Shown piece after piece: positions 1-13,200 of a stretch of DNA of 64,000 nt. The notes beneath the pieces are model-generated. The model ran no database searches. It saw only the letters and a list, made by a program, of their open reading frames with translations, and was not told the DNA's origin. A program made the translations under genes and the position numbers. How positions within the stretch are numbered: the first letter of the stretch is position 1; the number at the start of each line of letters is the position of its first letter. Source of the DNA: Narcine bancroftii (taxonomy: Eukaryota); the NCBI RefSeq assembly GCF_036971445.1, contig NC_091475.1:150102001-150166000 (forward strand). Direction: 5' to 3'.

Positions 1-79
1 TTAAAAAGAGTGAGGAGGGTCTATGTGTAGAGCCAGAGGAGATGGGGAAGATCTTAAATGAATGTTTTGTTCACTGCAG

Positions 80-1930
80 AGTCCCAAGTTTTAAAATTAT
101 TTTTAGAAAGTTTTGAATATACTTTTGAAGTATCCGAGAAGCAGCTATGAAAAAAACAAAAGCTCAACCAGCAAAGAAAATGACTACTAAGCAGCTAACA
201 AGTGCTGAAGAACTTGGGCCTACCTTACAAGTGGAGCCTCCGGACTCGATTCCTCCTCACCCTTGTCCACAGCACCAGTCCTCCAGTAGGATTCAGTCTA
301 CACTGGCGCCGATTTTGCGCAGTATTGCAGAAGATGGCGCCGGCACCCGATGTTGTCACTCTCCAGACCAAGAAGAACAATCGTGCATGTGCGTTATGTT
401 GGGTATGGCCCAGGCTTCAGGGGGACCTGACCTCTCTCGACCCAGTGAACCTGGGCTGACGGGAGGGGAGGTCCACACTCGTAGTTGGGCTGAAGTGACT
501 TCAGTATCAACAGAGGAGGAGGAAGCAGACACAGGAGGATTGGAAGAAGAAAATCAAGGCATGAAGGAGGAAGAAACTGTTATATACAAGGGTAGGCCCA
601 TAGTTAAATAGGCTTTAAAGTTTAAGTCTGATTCTCATCATTCAGATTCAACTTTACAAATTGATTTATCTAAGTAGGTGGAAAATTTGGCAATTCTGAT
701 GGGTCAAGGGTTTTCATCTGTAAAGGAACAGCTTGCTGATATGAAGGGGAAAATATCTTCTATTAAGTTGGATGTGGCAAAGTGCCTGAAAGTGGTGGAT
801 AAGGTCCAAGATAAATTTGAGATTGAAGAAGAATTTATTGATTGCAAGGATGATGTGGAACAATGTAAAGGAAAGATGGCAATTACTTGGAAAAACGAGA
901 CTAATTTGAGTATTCAGAAATGGCATTTAGAAATGAGATCTTGTATTCCATTGGAAAAGATAACATATAATTTATGTAATAATTATTCCTTTTTTCTTAA
1001 AACTTGGAACCTGTATTTATAGTGGGGTTGAATTATTAATCCCCTTTCCACACATTAGTGGTGTTGTTCCAAACCATGGTAACTAATTGATGAGTTTTAT
1101 GTTATGTGATCTCCTCTTTTTTTTTACTTTGGGGGTAGTTTAGAGGGGGTGGGTTAGGTTGGGGGTAGTTTAGAGGGGGTGGGTTAGGTTGGGGGTAGTT
1201 TAGAGGGGGTGGGTTAGGTTGGGAGTAATTTAGAGGGGGTGGGTTAGGTTGGGGGTAGTTTAGAGGGGGTGGGTTAGGTTGGGGTAGTTTAGAGGGGGTG
1301 GGTTAGGTTGGGGGTAGTTTAGAGGGGGTGGGGGGTGGGTAAGTTTGGGGATAGTTTAGAGGGGGGTGGGTTAGGTTGGGGGTAGTTTAGAGGGGGTGGG
1401 TTAGGTTGGGAGTAATTTAGAGGGGGTGGGTTAGGTTGGGGGTAGTTTAGAGGGGGTGGGTTAGGTTGGGGTAGTTTAGAGGGGGTGGGTTAGGTTGGGG
1501 GTAGTTTAGAGGGGGTGGGGGGTGGGTAAGTTTGGGGATAGTTTAGAGGGGGTGGGTGGGTTAGGTTGAGGGTAGTTTAGAGGGGGGTGGGTTAGGTTGG
1601 GGTAGTTTAGAGGGGGGTGGGTGGGTTACATTGGGGGTAGTTTAGAGGGGGGTGGGTGGGTTATGTTGGGGGTAGTTTAGATGGAGGTGGGTGGGTTAGG
1701 ATGGGGGTAGTTTAGAGGGGGGTGGGTGGGTGAGGTTGGGGGTAATTTAGAGGGGGGTGGGTGGGTGAGGTTGGGGGTAATTTAGAGGGGGGTGGGTGGG
1801 TTAGGATGGGGGTTGGGGGGTTTCAGGTTATTATTTACATAAAAATAACATGTATGTATTTTGTTTTTTCCTAAACTGTATTTTTTCATTGTATGTATCA
1901 TGATCAATAAATAAAATTTTCAAAAAAATA
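80..1930 (+). mobile_element. Internally deleted L1-clade LINE: 5' UTR remnant, ORF1 N-terminal/coiled-coil part, extreme ORF2 C-terminus, G-rich 3' UTR, poly(A)
   Basis: ORFs 147-611 and 678-880 resemble the ORF1 start and coiled coil of the L1 at 29605. At about 880 the frame runs straight into AITWKNETNLSIQKWHLEMRSCIPLEKITYNL, the ORF2 C-terminal motif also seen at about 8550 and 15353-15550. AATAAA and an A-tail lie at about 1905-1930. Confidence 0.75.
1130..1820 (+). repeat. G-rich minisatellite, unit about 30 bp GGGGGTAGTTTAGAGGGGGTGGGTTAGGTT (about 22 copies, lengthening to about 34-35 bp distally)
   Basis: Tandem array read directly from the sequence; variant units recur at a 187-bp offset (1224/1411 and 1341/1528). 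Confidence 0.97.
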
Positions 1931-2469
1931 GAAGGAAACACTTGCATAACCTCATGGGTGGGAGGAGACTGTGGAGGGTTCTGGGCCTAATGTAGGCAAG
2001 AGGCACTAAACCAGGAGGACATGTTGTTTGGCGTGGACAGACTGGGTCACTTTCTGTGCTTTGGGCTCTGTGGTCAAGCCGAAAGGTCTGTTGGGTCAGG
2101 GATAAGGTAGTTCTAATGCTGTTACTGGGTTTCCAGAATCCATTGGCTTTCAGTTGTGTCTTTTAACACCTGCTAATTTGAAATGATGGAAGGTAACCAT
2201 CTGGTTACCTATAATCATACAGGGAATTTAATCCAACGAATTGATATCCATCCATTTAGTTTTGGTGAATAACATTTTAATCGCCCCCCACCCCCCCCCC
2301 CCCCCCCACCACTTAATTCTATTGGAAGAAGTCCACTGAACAAAATATGGATCACTTTATTATCATTTTAGAATATCTGAGAGAGTAAGAGCATAATAGC
2401 AGAGATATTATGCCAGAAACTATCATTTTGTCACAAATAAAAACGTTCTAGTTTTTGTCAGCAAGACTA

Positions 2470-2830
2470 AGATACTTACAGCACTTCGTTTTCTTGCAAC
2501 ACAATTTAAGGGAACGGCAAAAGTTTTAAAGCAAGAAACGATGAGGTTAGACTTCGTAAACCCCTCACTGTCATACAGGCGAGCCGAGCCCCGCACTGGC
2601 AAATCTGTCAATCACTCGCACCACATTTCATAGTTTTTCAGAATTAACTGCTGCTTATTCGGGAACGTGGCTCATACGCATTGATTATATTATCCTCAAA
2701 TCACATTAATACTCGCCTTTCCAGCAGAACCTGACTGTACGATAATAAAATTCAGCGCACACGCTTGCAGCCGCACCCTCTTCCCCTTCGCCGCCAGTCA
2801 CAAGGAGGCGCGGCCCCTTCTCAAGGTCAG
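2470..2830 (-). promoter_or_regulatory. CpG-rich promoter-like segment with a possible non-coding first exon on the minus strand
   Basis: Local CpG enrichment in a CpG-poor background (gcagccgcac, ttcgccgcca, ggaggcgcggcccc). Minus-strand donor GCT|GTAAGT at about 2480. Confidence 0.35.
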
Positions 2831-3799
2831 ATTGACTGGTCCAGGCAACTTCAATCCACCGACTGGTTTTGGGAAACTACAATCAAGGAAATCTCCTGAA
2901 AAAATAGGGGGGGGGGTTAAAAAAATTACCGGAGGAGCACTGGTAATTTAAAATTAATAAATCAATGAGAACTACTGAATAATTAAAACATTATAACCGC
3001 TTTATAACATACAAGGTCACAATTTCCATTCTCAGCAACTAGGTGCATGTTTCTGACATCATGTCCCCAATAGAAGAAATAAAGCACATGCATGGCCATA
3101 TGGACAAGTGAAGTAATCATGGCCAGAAAACATCAGGTAGAATAACAAATGAAAATGTATAATAAGGCAATCTGGTCTGAAAACTGAAAGAGTGGAATAC
3201 TTTTGGGAACAAAGGAAAAAGACTACAAAATGCTGGGCCAAAGATTTGGGTGCAAGGGTTGCAGAAAATTTGGTTAAGCATTGGGAAGGGGGTCGGTGTT
3301 GGCCCAGCAAAAGGTGTAAGGCGCTCCTTCCGTCTGATAGCCTACGGGTCACCCTTAGGCAAGGTGTAGTACCTGTTTAGCTCCCAATCAGGGTCACTTG
3401 AAGGCATGGTTTGCCTTTGGTTTGGTGAGTGGTTTTTCTTACAAGCAGATTCTACAAACTGGAATTTATGGCTGTAGAACTAAAAACACTGGACAGATGA
3501 ATCTGCTGATCAACGGCCAGGGTTACCCATCCAGTATGGACACTGCAACTGAAGAAGGCAGTATTTTTCCTTGTATAATCATGAGCTCAAAATTGATTAC
3601 GGTCTCAACTCAAAGATGGAACCTTCACCAAAGGAGAAAAGGGGAGGCAATAATTATATTTCGGAGGGTCAGAGGTCATCATGGATGGAGAGACACGATC
3701 ACCCACACCGAATGGCAAGGCACCTGGATGAATGAATTGGGAAGGGAAAGAGTACATAATGATTTTATGGAATGTGGTTTGCCACTAATGCAGAATACA

Positions 3800-6700
3800 A
3801 ATTTTCTCATGTTAAGGAGGGGGTCAAATGATGGAGTTTGGGAAAACAAGCCCTCCACAGAGAAAGTTGGAAAAAGGTAGAAAAGCAAGGCAGAGAAGAA
3901 AAACATTAAAAAGTCACAAGATAAAAAGTATAAGAGGATTTTGAAGATGGCTCCAAAGAAGGAAAATTCTACAATGACAAGTAGAGATAAAGAAATCGCC
4001 AGAGGAAAAAAGAGGAAGGCCTTACCGGAGTCCGGGAGCAGGGAGCTCTCCCAAAGGGGATGGCCCGAGCGGCAAAGCTGGTAGGCGGGCAGCTGTGTAG
4101 CGACGTCCCCTTGGGCAGACTGGAGCTTTGGGTTGCGGAGACTGAAAAAGTGCCAGTGCATATGCGCAACTCCACGCATGCGCGGTACGCACTTTAAGGA
4201 GGAAGCCGATGGGAATAGGCGCCGACATCAAGACGCTGACTCGGTAATGGGAGAGGCCATAGAGAAGACAATAGGAGCAGGATCAACACGGAGTCAAGAA
4301 ATGGAGCAAGAAAAAGAAGATTTAGACGAAGATAAAGGCATACAAGAAAAAATACAAGGTAAAAAACACAAGCAGATGATTGATAAGGAATACTTTGACA
4401 GTCAAATAAAGATTCTAATGGAAACAATAATGGTTGAGTTAAGTACTATTAAAATAACATGCAAGAGACATGTAAAAATACAAAGAATGGAGAATGCTTT
4501 TGCAGACATGAGAAAACAAAGTGATGAAGTGGAAGACAGAGTGATAGGCGTGGAATTGGGGGTGAATGAGTTAAGAGAAAAATTGGAAGATAAAGATAAG
4601 GAGATTAAGAAGACACATGATTTATCGGCCCAAAAAATTGACATTTTAGAGAATTTCAGCAGATGTAATAATATAAAACTAGTGGGCCTGAAAGAAGGTG
4701 AAGAAGGGGCAGATATAAAAGGACTTATAAAAAGATGGGTCCCACAGATCTTGTGGGTAGAAGAACCGCAAGAATAAATAGAAATTGAAAGAGCCCACAG
4801 AGCGTTGGCGCCAAAGCCGCAGCCACAGCAGAAACCGCGTTCCCTACTAATAAAACTACTACAATATACAACGAGAGAGAAAATATTGGAACTAGCAATG
4901 AAAAGGGTGAAAGAAAATAAGGAACCATTGGAGAACAATGGGGAAAAAATATTTTTTTAATCCAGATATTAGCTTTGAACTTTTAAAGGAGCAAAAGGAG
5001 TTTAATTTAGCAAAAACTGTTCTATGGAAAAAAGGTTATAACTTTGTGTTATGGCATCCAGCAGTGTTGAAGATATTCATCCCTGGTGGGCAAAATAGAT
5101 TGTTTTCAGATCCAGAAGAAAATCGTTGCTTTGCAGACCAATTATCAAATAAGCAACAAGAAGAGTAAAGGAAATACTAAAAGGACTGTTCAATGTATAT
5201 AAATAAGTTAGAATGTTAATAGTTTGAATACAGATGTTTAAGAAAAAAAAGGTTAGAAAAAAAGCTTTGTTATTTTTTAAGAATAATATATAGAGATTTC
5301 TCTGGGGGATGGCTGGGAAGGGGGAAGATCTGCCCACTGCGAAATTTGTTGGCATTTGCTGTATATACCACAACCCATGTAGAAAAGGAAGTGTGGTTGT
5401 CTTGTGAGGTGGCAAGGGCAACTCAGATAGCAGACACAGGGACAGATTTTACTTGGGGGAGACTTTCATTTTTAACTTTGACCCATCAACGGATAAAACC
5501 GGGAAGACTACTATAAAAAATAAAGCAGCTAAATTTACATTGAACTCAATGCATCATATGAAGATAATTGATATGTGGAGAAAACAACATCCAAAAGAAA
5601 GAGATATTCATATTATTCAAACAGACATAAAACCTATTGTAGGATTGAGACTTGAAAGGCCAACACGGCCTGTTTCTGCTCCGTAAATGGTTATATGGTT
5701 ATATGTTCTTGTTGTCAGCTCAGATTCAGGGGTGAGTTCAAAAGACCAAATATAAGACAACACTTTTATCAGACCGTTCACACTTGTTATTGACAATTGA
5801 TTTAGAGGATATTCCACCAAAAACATATAGATGGAGCCTAAACCCCATATTGTTAAAAAGGCAAGACTTTCTGGAATACATAGAACAACAAATCAAAATA
5901 TATTTCAAAACGAATACAAATTCAGCAACAAAGAAATTTATATTATGGAGTGCAATGAAGGCCTTTATTAGAGGACAAATAATTAGTTACATGACCAAGA
6001 TTAAACAAAATATGATTGGTAAATACAACGGCTGGAAAAGAGATAGTAACTATAGAAAAAAAATTAATGAGAAGGGAAGATATAGAGAAAGAGAAAGAAA
6101 TGGCAGAGAAAAAATTAAAATATGAAACATTGCTAACATACAAAGTTGAGAAAAACATTATGAAAACAAAGCAAAGATATTATGAAGTAGGAGAGAAAAC
6201 CCACAAAATATTGGCTTGGCAACTAAAAATGGAACAAGCAACAAGAACTATCATAGCAACAAAGAAGGAGGATAAACAGATATATAAACCATTAGAGATT
6301 AATGAATATTTTTCAAAAGATTATAAGCAATTGTATCAAACCGAAAATCCAGGGAAGAATGACAAAATAGTTGATTTTTTTATCAAACATTGAATTACCT
6401 CAATTACAATTGGAAGATCAAAATAATTTACTAAAACCCCTGGCAATTACAGAAATACTGGATACAATAATAACATTAATAAATAATAAAACGCCAGGTG
6501 AAGATGGGTTCCCTACAGAGTTTTATAAGGCATTCAATAATTCCACCCCTCTTTGAGGTAATGAAACAGGTGGAAGAGACCCAGAATTTGCCTGACTCAT
6601 GTAAAACAGCAATAATTACAGTAATTCCAAAAATGGGGAAAGATTCGCTGTCACCAGCTTCATATAGACTAATATTTTTATTAAATACAGATTATAAATT

Positions 6701-8964
6701 AATTGCAAAATTACTAGCGAATAGATTTCCAGACTGTGTACCGAAATTAGTGATGCTGGACCAGACAGGGTTTGTTAAAAATAATGTCTGTAAATTTATT
6801 AATTTAATCCACAGCACAAATAAATACAACATCAACTTCAGCAGTAGCTCTTGATGCAGAGAAAGCTTTTGATAGGGTGGAATGGAATTATCTATTTAAA
6901 GTACCACAGAAATTCAAATTACCGGAAACATTTATTATTTGGATTAGAGCACTGTTATAATGGTTCTTTGGTAAAAGCAGTAACAATTTGTTATGTTTCA
7001 GACCACTTTAAATTGAGTAGGTCAACAAGGCAGGGATGCCCATTATCACCATCCCTGCTTGCTTTGGCTATAGACCATTGGCAGAGCTGATAAGAAGGGA
7101 ACCTACGATAAAGGAAATAAAAGTAAAAGAGGAAGGATTTAAAATGAGCTTGTTTGTGGATGATATTTTAGTATATTTAACAAACCCAGATGAATCAATA
7201 AAAAGGTTATATACAAAATTGAAAGAATATGGGGCGATATCAGATGCAAGGTTAACACTGATAAAAGTGAAGTGACGCAATGAACAAAGTCGGTTATACA
7301 AAATGTAAAAAGGAATGCCCTTTTAAATTGCAATCACAGGCCATACGCTACATAGGTATCAAGGATAGATAATGGTTTAAATCATTTTTATAAATTAAAT
7401 TACCAACCGTTAAGAAATGGAAATATCTACCATTAACTTTAATAGGGAGAATCAAGATTAATGTATTTCCATGGCTACAATATTTGTTCCAAACACTACC
7501 AATTCCCTTGACAGAGGTATTTTTTTATGAAGTTAAATAAATTAATAAGAAAGTAAAGAGTGGCTTTGGAAAAATTAACAATGGGTGTATAAACAAGGAG
7601 GATTTCAGCTACCAAATTTCAAAAACTATTACAGGGCAGCACAGTTAAGATATTTATCAGATTTTTATCAGATAGAAGAAAAATTGGATGGGCTCAACTC
7701 AAGAAAGAATGATATAAATGGGATGAGAAACTGGTGCTAAACAACAATGTACCAATACTACATCATATACTAAAAATATGGAAGAGAATGCATCTGGAGA
7801 GAAAGATGATAAACTATCAAATACCAAAAATTTTAGTAACGCAAAACCCATTAATTCCATTTACAATAGACAATATATTTTTTAAGGAATTAAAAGAATA
7901 AAAGATTGCTTTTTGGGAAATAATTTATTGACATTTGAACAGTTAAAAAATAAATACGGAATATCACCTGGTACAATATTTTCATACTATCAGTTGAAAA
8001 CTTATTTAAAAGAAAAGTTGGGAATAAGATTACCTGAGAGTAGCTGCTATGAATACTTAATTACAGAAACTGCAATAGTAAAAAAAAATTTATTACAAAC
8101 ATGTATAGCAAATTGCAATACAAGGAAAATGATGAAGCAATATATAAACCCAAACAAGGTTGGGGAAAAAGATTTAAATATATGAATAAAGAATGAAACA
8201 TGGAAGGAAATATGCGCAGGGACCATGAGTAATACAATAAATACCCGGTTTTGTATGATACAATACAATTGGCTACATAGATTATATGTTACACCTCAAA
8301 AGTTAAAAGGATGGAATTCAATAATATTGGACACATGCTTCCATTGTAAACAAGAAATTGGAACAACATTACACGTAATTTGGACATGTACAAAAGTGAA
8401 CATTTTTTTGGAGGCTTTAAACCTAATATTAAATAGAATTACAAAAAATAGGATACCAAAAGACCCAAAAATATTCCTGTTAAACAACATAAAAGACAAA
8501 GAGTTAGACCTAAAATTATGATTGCACTTGTAGCAGCAGAAAAGTACATAATGATAACTTGGAAAATGGAAGCAACCTTAAAAATACAACAATGGTACAT
8601 GGAAATGAACAAATGTATTTCATTAGAAAAAAAATACCTACAATATAAAAGACAAATATGGTTTATTTGAACAAATTTGGGAACTGTACATAGAATATAT
8701 TAGAAACCACCAATTTCAGTCCTCCATCTATTAAAGTGATAAGATACAAGTACAAAAGTAATTGGATGACACAATTTTTTTCTGTTGTGTTTTTCTATTG
8801 TTTATTTTTTCTTCTTTCTCTCTTTCATTTTTTGTTTCAAGTTATAGGGAGTGGGGAGGGTGGGGGAAGGGGGGAAAATGAAAATATCACTGTGTATATT
8901 TTAATGCTGAATATTTGTATATATTGTTATTAACATGGTTCATGATAAAGTATTAAATAAAAAA
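3800..8964 (+). mobile_element. Near full-length degenerate L1-clade LINE (ORF1 and ORF2 pseudogenised)
   Basis: ORF1 motifs LENFSRCNNIKLVGLKEGEEG, IERAHR and FFNPDIS. ORF2 motifs KTPGEDGFPTEFYK, SYRLIFLLNTDYK, TRQGCPLSP, SLFVDD, and the C-terminal C-rich region (WLHRLY...CFHCKQEIGTTLHVIWTC). AATAAA at about 8956. Many frameshifts. Confidence 0.93.
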
Positions 8965-10249
8965 TATTCTCATAATTTTGCATGCATTTATTTCAATTAG
9001 AACTGTCAAAATATTATTTAATCAAAACTTTGTTTAATTTGAAGATTTACAAGGCCAAAATTACTTTAGCTAAAAACAATTTCAGCATTTTGTCTGTGAC
9101 TATGCAGATTATCCTGATGTGAACAGTTAAATACATTAATCTTTTCCAAATAAAACTCTGAGCAACACTTTTGGAAGAAATGCAAACCTTTTGCAGAACA
9201 TTCTGTACAGGATACACACCCGTTGATTAAACTGTCAATATTAATCTAAGAATTTCAAGTTTCAATATTTTTGCTCAAAGTTTGCTTTGTGCTTTCTTAA
9301 AGTTTTATAGCTCATTTGTTTGTTGAATTTTTATCAGAGTAAAGTAATTAACTTATTCACTTACATAATATTGACAACATTGTATAATAGGTGCAAATCA
9401 GAATTGTTGGATTTGTATGTTATTATGACAGAAGATTGGCCAATATAATCAATCTTTACTCTGTGAAAATGGAATGTCGAACTCCACCTTCCAGATGACC
9501 ACAACTTCTATGTTGGGCAGTTGGCTGGAAGTAATTCATATCATGTTGTCTCTTTTTATTGCAACCAGGAAAGTTTTATTTCAACATCTTGTTCTAAAAG
9601 CAGAAGTGGTTTCCTCAAAAGACAATTTTAAAGTTGTTATAATAAGATTACATAGCTTTATCGTAGGGAGTCCTTTGGCCCTATCCCAATATATTTTCCA
9701 GCATTTTCTTGGTCACGTTTCAACATTCATTAACTATGACAGAATTGTCTGAATGTTCTATGTCATGTTCCATTGCAAGTGGTTTTTCTTTGGCAAATAA
9801 GTCTCAACTTCAGCCAGGTTTCCAGGGTATCTAATAACTCCTAGTGTTGCAATGTAATCCTCTGAAGCTTGGACCTTTAAACTGAACACAGTTCATATGT
9901 TACTTTCTCTTCAAGCTGGGGCCAGTGACATCATGTCCAACTGTATTATTAATTACACAATTGTGATTAGTGATTAAGCATATGAAGACTCGGCTACCCT
10001 TTTCCCTCATATATGGATGATGTTAATCCAGTATCCACTGTATTGGGCCAGATTAAGGGCCAATGCAGTTTTGGGAAAACTCTCCTGTTCCTGATAAGTC
10101 AGAGGTAATTTCACATTTCAAAACATCTGAAATTAAAGAAAAAAACATCATTTTTGGTGTTGAAAGGAAATAAACTATATAAAATAGTTTTGCCATACAA
10201 AGTAGGATGAGATAGAATAAGGAATCAGAAAGTGGATGCGAGTTTGGAA

Positions 10250-13200
10250 GCACTTTTAATACTCTTTGTATGTGTATGGCTGGCCCACTCCTTGATTCCC
10301 CTAATAAAGGTGGCAATGCCATAACTCCTCCCCCAGAACAAGCTCTGATCTCAGGTCAGCAACATGAGATGACCCTTCTGTTTATTGTAATAAAAGACTA
10401 TCAGTCAGGTAACTTCTAGTCTGTTGTTATTGATAGCACATCAATGGTATTACCTTAATTTGTTTTTTGGAGTGAACAAGTTGCTGAGACCAGAGAGGCT
10501 GGAAATCGACCCGCGATCACCAGAGCATCTGACAAGTTCGAACTCTGGCTAGTCTGCTTCAATGTGTTTCTGCAGGCCTCCACCATGATCGTTGAATCTG
10601 GTGCAGACAAGCTGCTCTTACTGTTCTCACGGGTCAGGCACCACGTTTTCTCAATGGTCAGAGATTGCAAAACATTCACCAAAGCAATGGATATTCTGAA
10701 AGGCCAGTAACTGGCCCGGGTAAATGGAGTCTATGCTAGGCACATCCTAGCCACGCCTACGCAGCATCCTGGGGAGTCAATCGATGATTACCTTCGGGTC
10801 CAGCGAGACCTTGGATGGGCCTGTGCCTGCAAGGCCGTATCAGCAGAAGAGTACACGGAGGAGCTGATCCGAGATGCCTGTCCAGCAGGCATCAGATCAG
10901 ATTATATTCACCAGTGACTGCTAGAACAGGGTGAGGTGAAGCTGCAGAAAACCATAGAACTGGTTATAACTCTGGAAGTAGTCCTCTGCAACATGGATTC
11001 TTTCTCGACTGATAACACGACTGCATGGGGAATGTGGCTGCTGCCATCTTGGGACATGGGATTGCATGTCCCATGCCCTGTGTCCCAATCAAACTACTGC
11101 TGCCGTCACGCTAGCGAGCACCTGAAGAAGCATCCCAGGAGGCCTTGCCTGGCAAAGGATGTGGTATGTTCCGGCTGTGGGAAGAAGGGACACTACGTAA
11201 AGGTAAGCAAATCAAAGCAACCTTCTAATCCAAGCAGTGGGGGCTGCTGTCATCTTGGATGATGTCACTTCTGATGAAGAACAACAGCACCGCATGCGTG
11301 CCATAGGGTGCATCATCTTGGATGCCACCATCTTACCAGACCATGAGGCAGTCCAGCGAATCAGCCAGCAATGCTTCTCTGGCTTCAGTAATGCTCGACC
11401 AAAGCAGCCCTCATCAGCTCGCCAGGTCAATGATGGACATAGAGGTAAATGGGTGCAAGACAAGCTGCCTGTTCGATAGCGGGAGCACAGAGAGCTTCAT
11501 CCACCCCGACATGGTGCAGTGTTACTCCCTCTTGGTGAAACCAGTGAATTACAGAGTCTCCATGGCCTCTAAGTCCCACCCGACAGAGATCCGCAGCAGC
11601 TCCTTAGTGACACAGATTGTTTGTGGCGCAGAGTGCAAAAACTTTAAACTCCTTGTGATGCTACAGTATTATACACCTGTACTACTAGGGTTGGACTTTT
11701 AGCATTGCCTTAAGAGCATCTCCATGGAATATGATGGGCCCCATTCTCCTCCCCCCCACCCCGCCATGGTCTACAACCAACAGTTTTTTTTAAACTGCCA
11801 GTCCTTCCCTCCGAATGTGTCCAACCAGCAATCCATGATCCATCCATTGTGTGCAACCAGCGGGCACTCCACCTTCCGGATTTTCTCCCACCTCTGTTCA
11901 CCAACCTCACCCCTGACTGTAAGCCCATCGCCACCAAGAACAGGCATTACAGTGCAGGGAACAGGACATTTATCAAATCAGAGGTGAGACGGCTTCTGAC
12001 CGAGGGAATCATTGAAGAGCCAGCACCAATCACCACTACCTGAGGTCTCCAGGGACTAAGAGTGGGGACAAACACCAAATGGTTATCGACTACAGTCAGA
12101 CCATTAACAGGTTTAAGCAACTTGACGCTACCTCTTCCCCCAAAAATCACCCAATATCGGGTATTTTCCACCATTGATTTAAATTCAGCATACCAGCAGC
12201 TCCCTATCTCCCTGGGGGACTGCCAGTATACTGCGTTCGAGGCAGGTGGCTGCCTCTACCACTTTCTGAGGGACCCCTCAGAGTCACCAGTGGAGTCTCT
12301 GTCTTCCAGAGGAAGATAGACTGAATTGTGGATGAACACAGGCTACTGGCCACATTCCCCTACTCGAAAATGTCACTATCTGTGGCCGTGATCTGCAGGA
12401 CCATGATACCAACCTCCAGAAATTCCTCTAGACAGCCAAAAGCCTTAACCTCACCTACAACAAAGATAAATGTGTCTTCCACACATAATGCCTGGTTATA
12501 CTCAGCTGCGTCGTGGAGTTATTGGCAATGATCCTGACCACATGCACCCCTGTTGGACCTCCCACTTCCCCACAGCCTCAAGGCCCTGAAAAGGTGCCTG
12601 GGGTTTTTCTCCTATTATGCCCAATAAGTCCCCAACTATGTGGTTAAGGCCTGCCTCTCGTAAAAGCCACCTCCTTTCCTTTGTCAGCAGAGGCTCATAA
12701 GGCCTTCAGCCACATCAAAGGTGATATTGCCAAGGTTGTCATCCACGCTGTGGACAAATCCACCCCATTCCAGGTGGGGAGTGATGCATCTGACTTTTCC
12801 CTGGCCGCCATACTTAACCAGTATTTTTCTCCTGCACCCTCCGGCACTCCTCCATCAAGAAAGAGGCCCAGGCCAACGATGAGGCGGTACAGCACTGAAG
12901 CCACTATTTTACTGGCAAACGATTTACCCTGCTGACTGGCCAACGTGCAGTCGCTTTCATGTTCAATAACAAGCAGTGGTGTAAAATCAAGAACAACAAG
13001 ATTAAGAGCTGGACATAAACTGTTTACAAGCCTTCCATTATGATCTCTTCCACCCCAGGGTCACCAGGTTCTTCCATTTTGTCAAAGCCCACAACCTCCC
13101 CATTCAGTTGAAGATATCAGAACGATGACCAGAAACTGCCAGGTCTGTGCGGAGTGCAAACCATTCTTCTACCAGCCACTCAAGTCACACCTGATTAAGG

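Noticed and set aside
1130-1820. Interstitial telomere or CRISPR-like array
   Set aside because: There are no tandem TTAGGG hexamers and no unique spacers; it is a simple tandem minisatellite in eukaryotic DNA.
9470-9840. Non-repeat-looking stretch as a possible PIWIL4 remnant
   Set aside because: Minus-strand translations have stops and no PAZ/PIWI motif that I can recognise.
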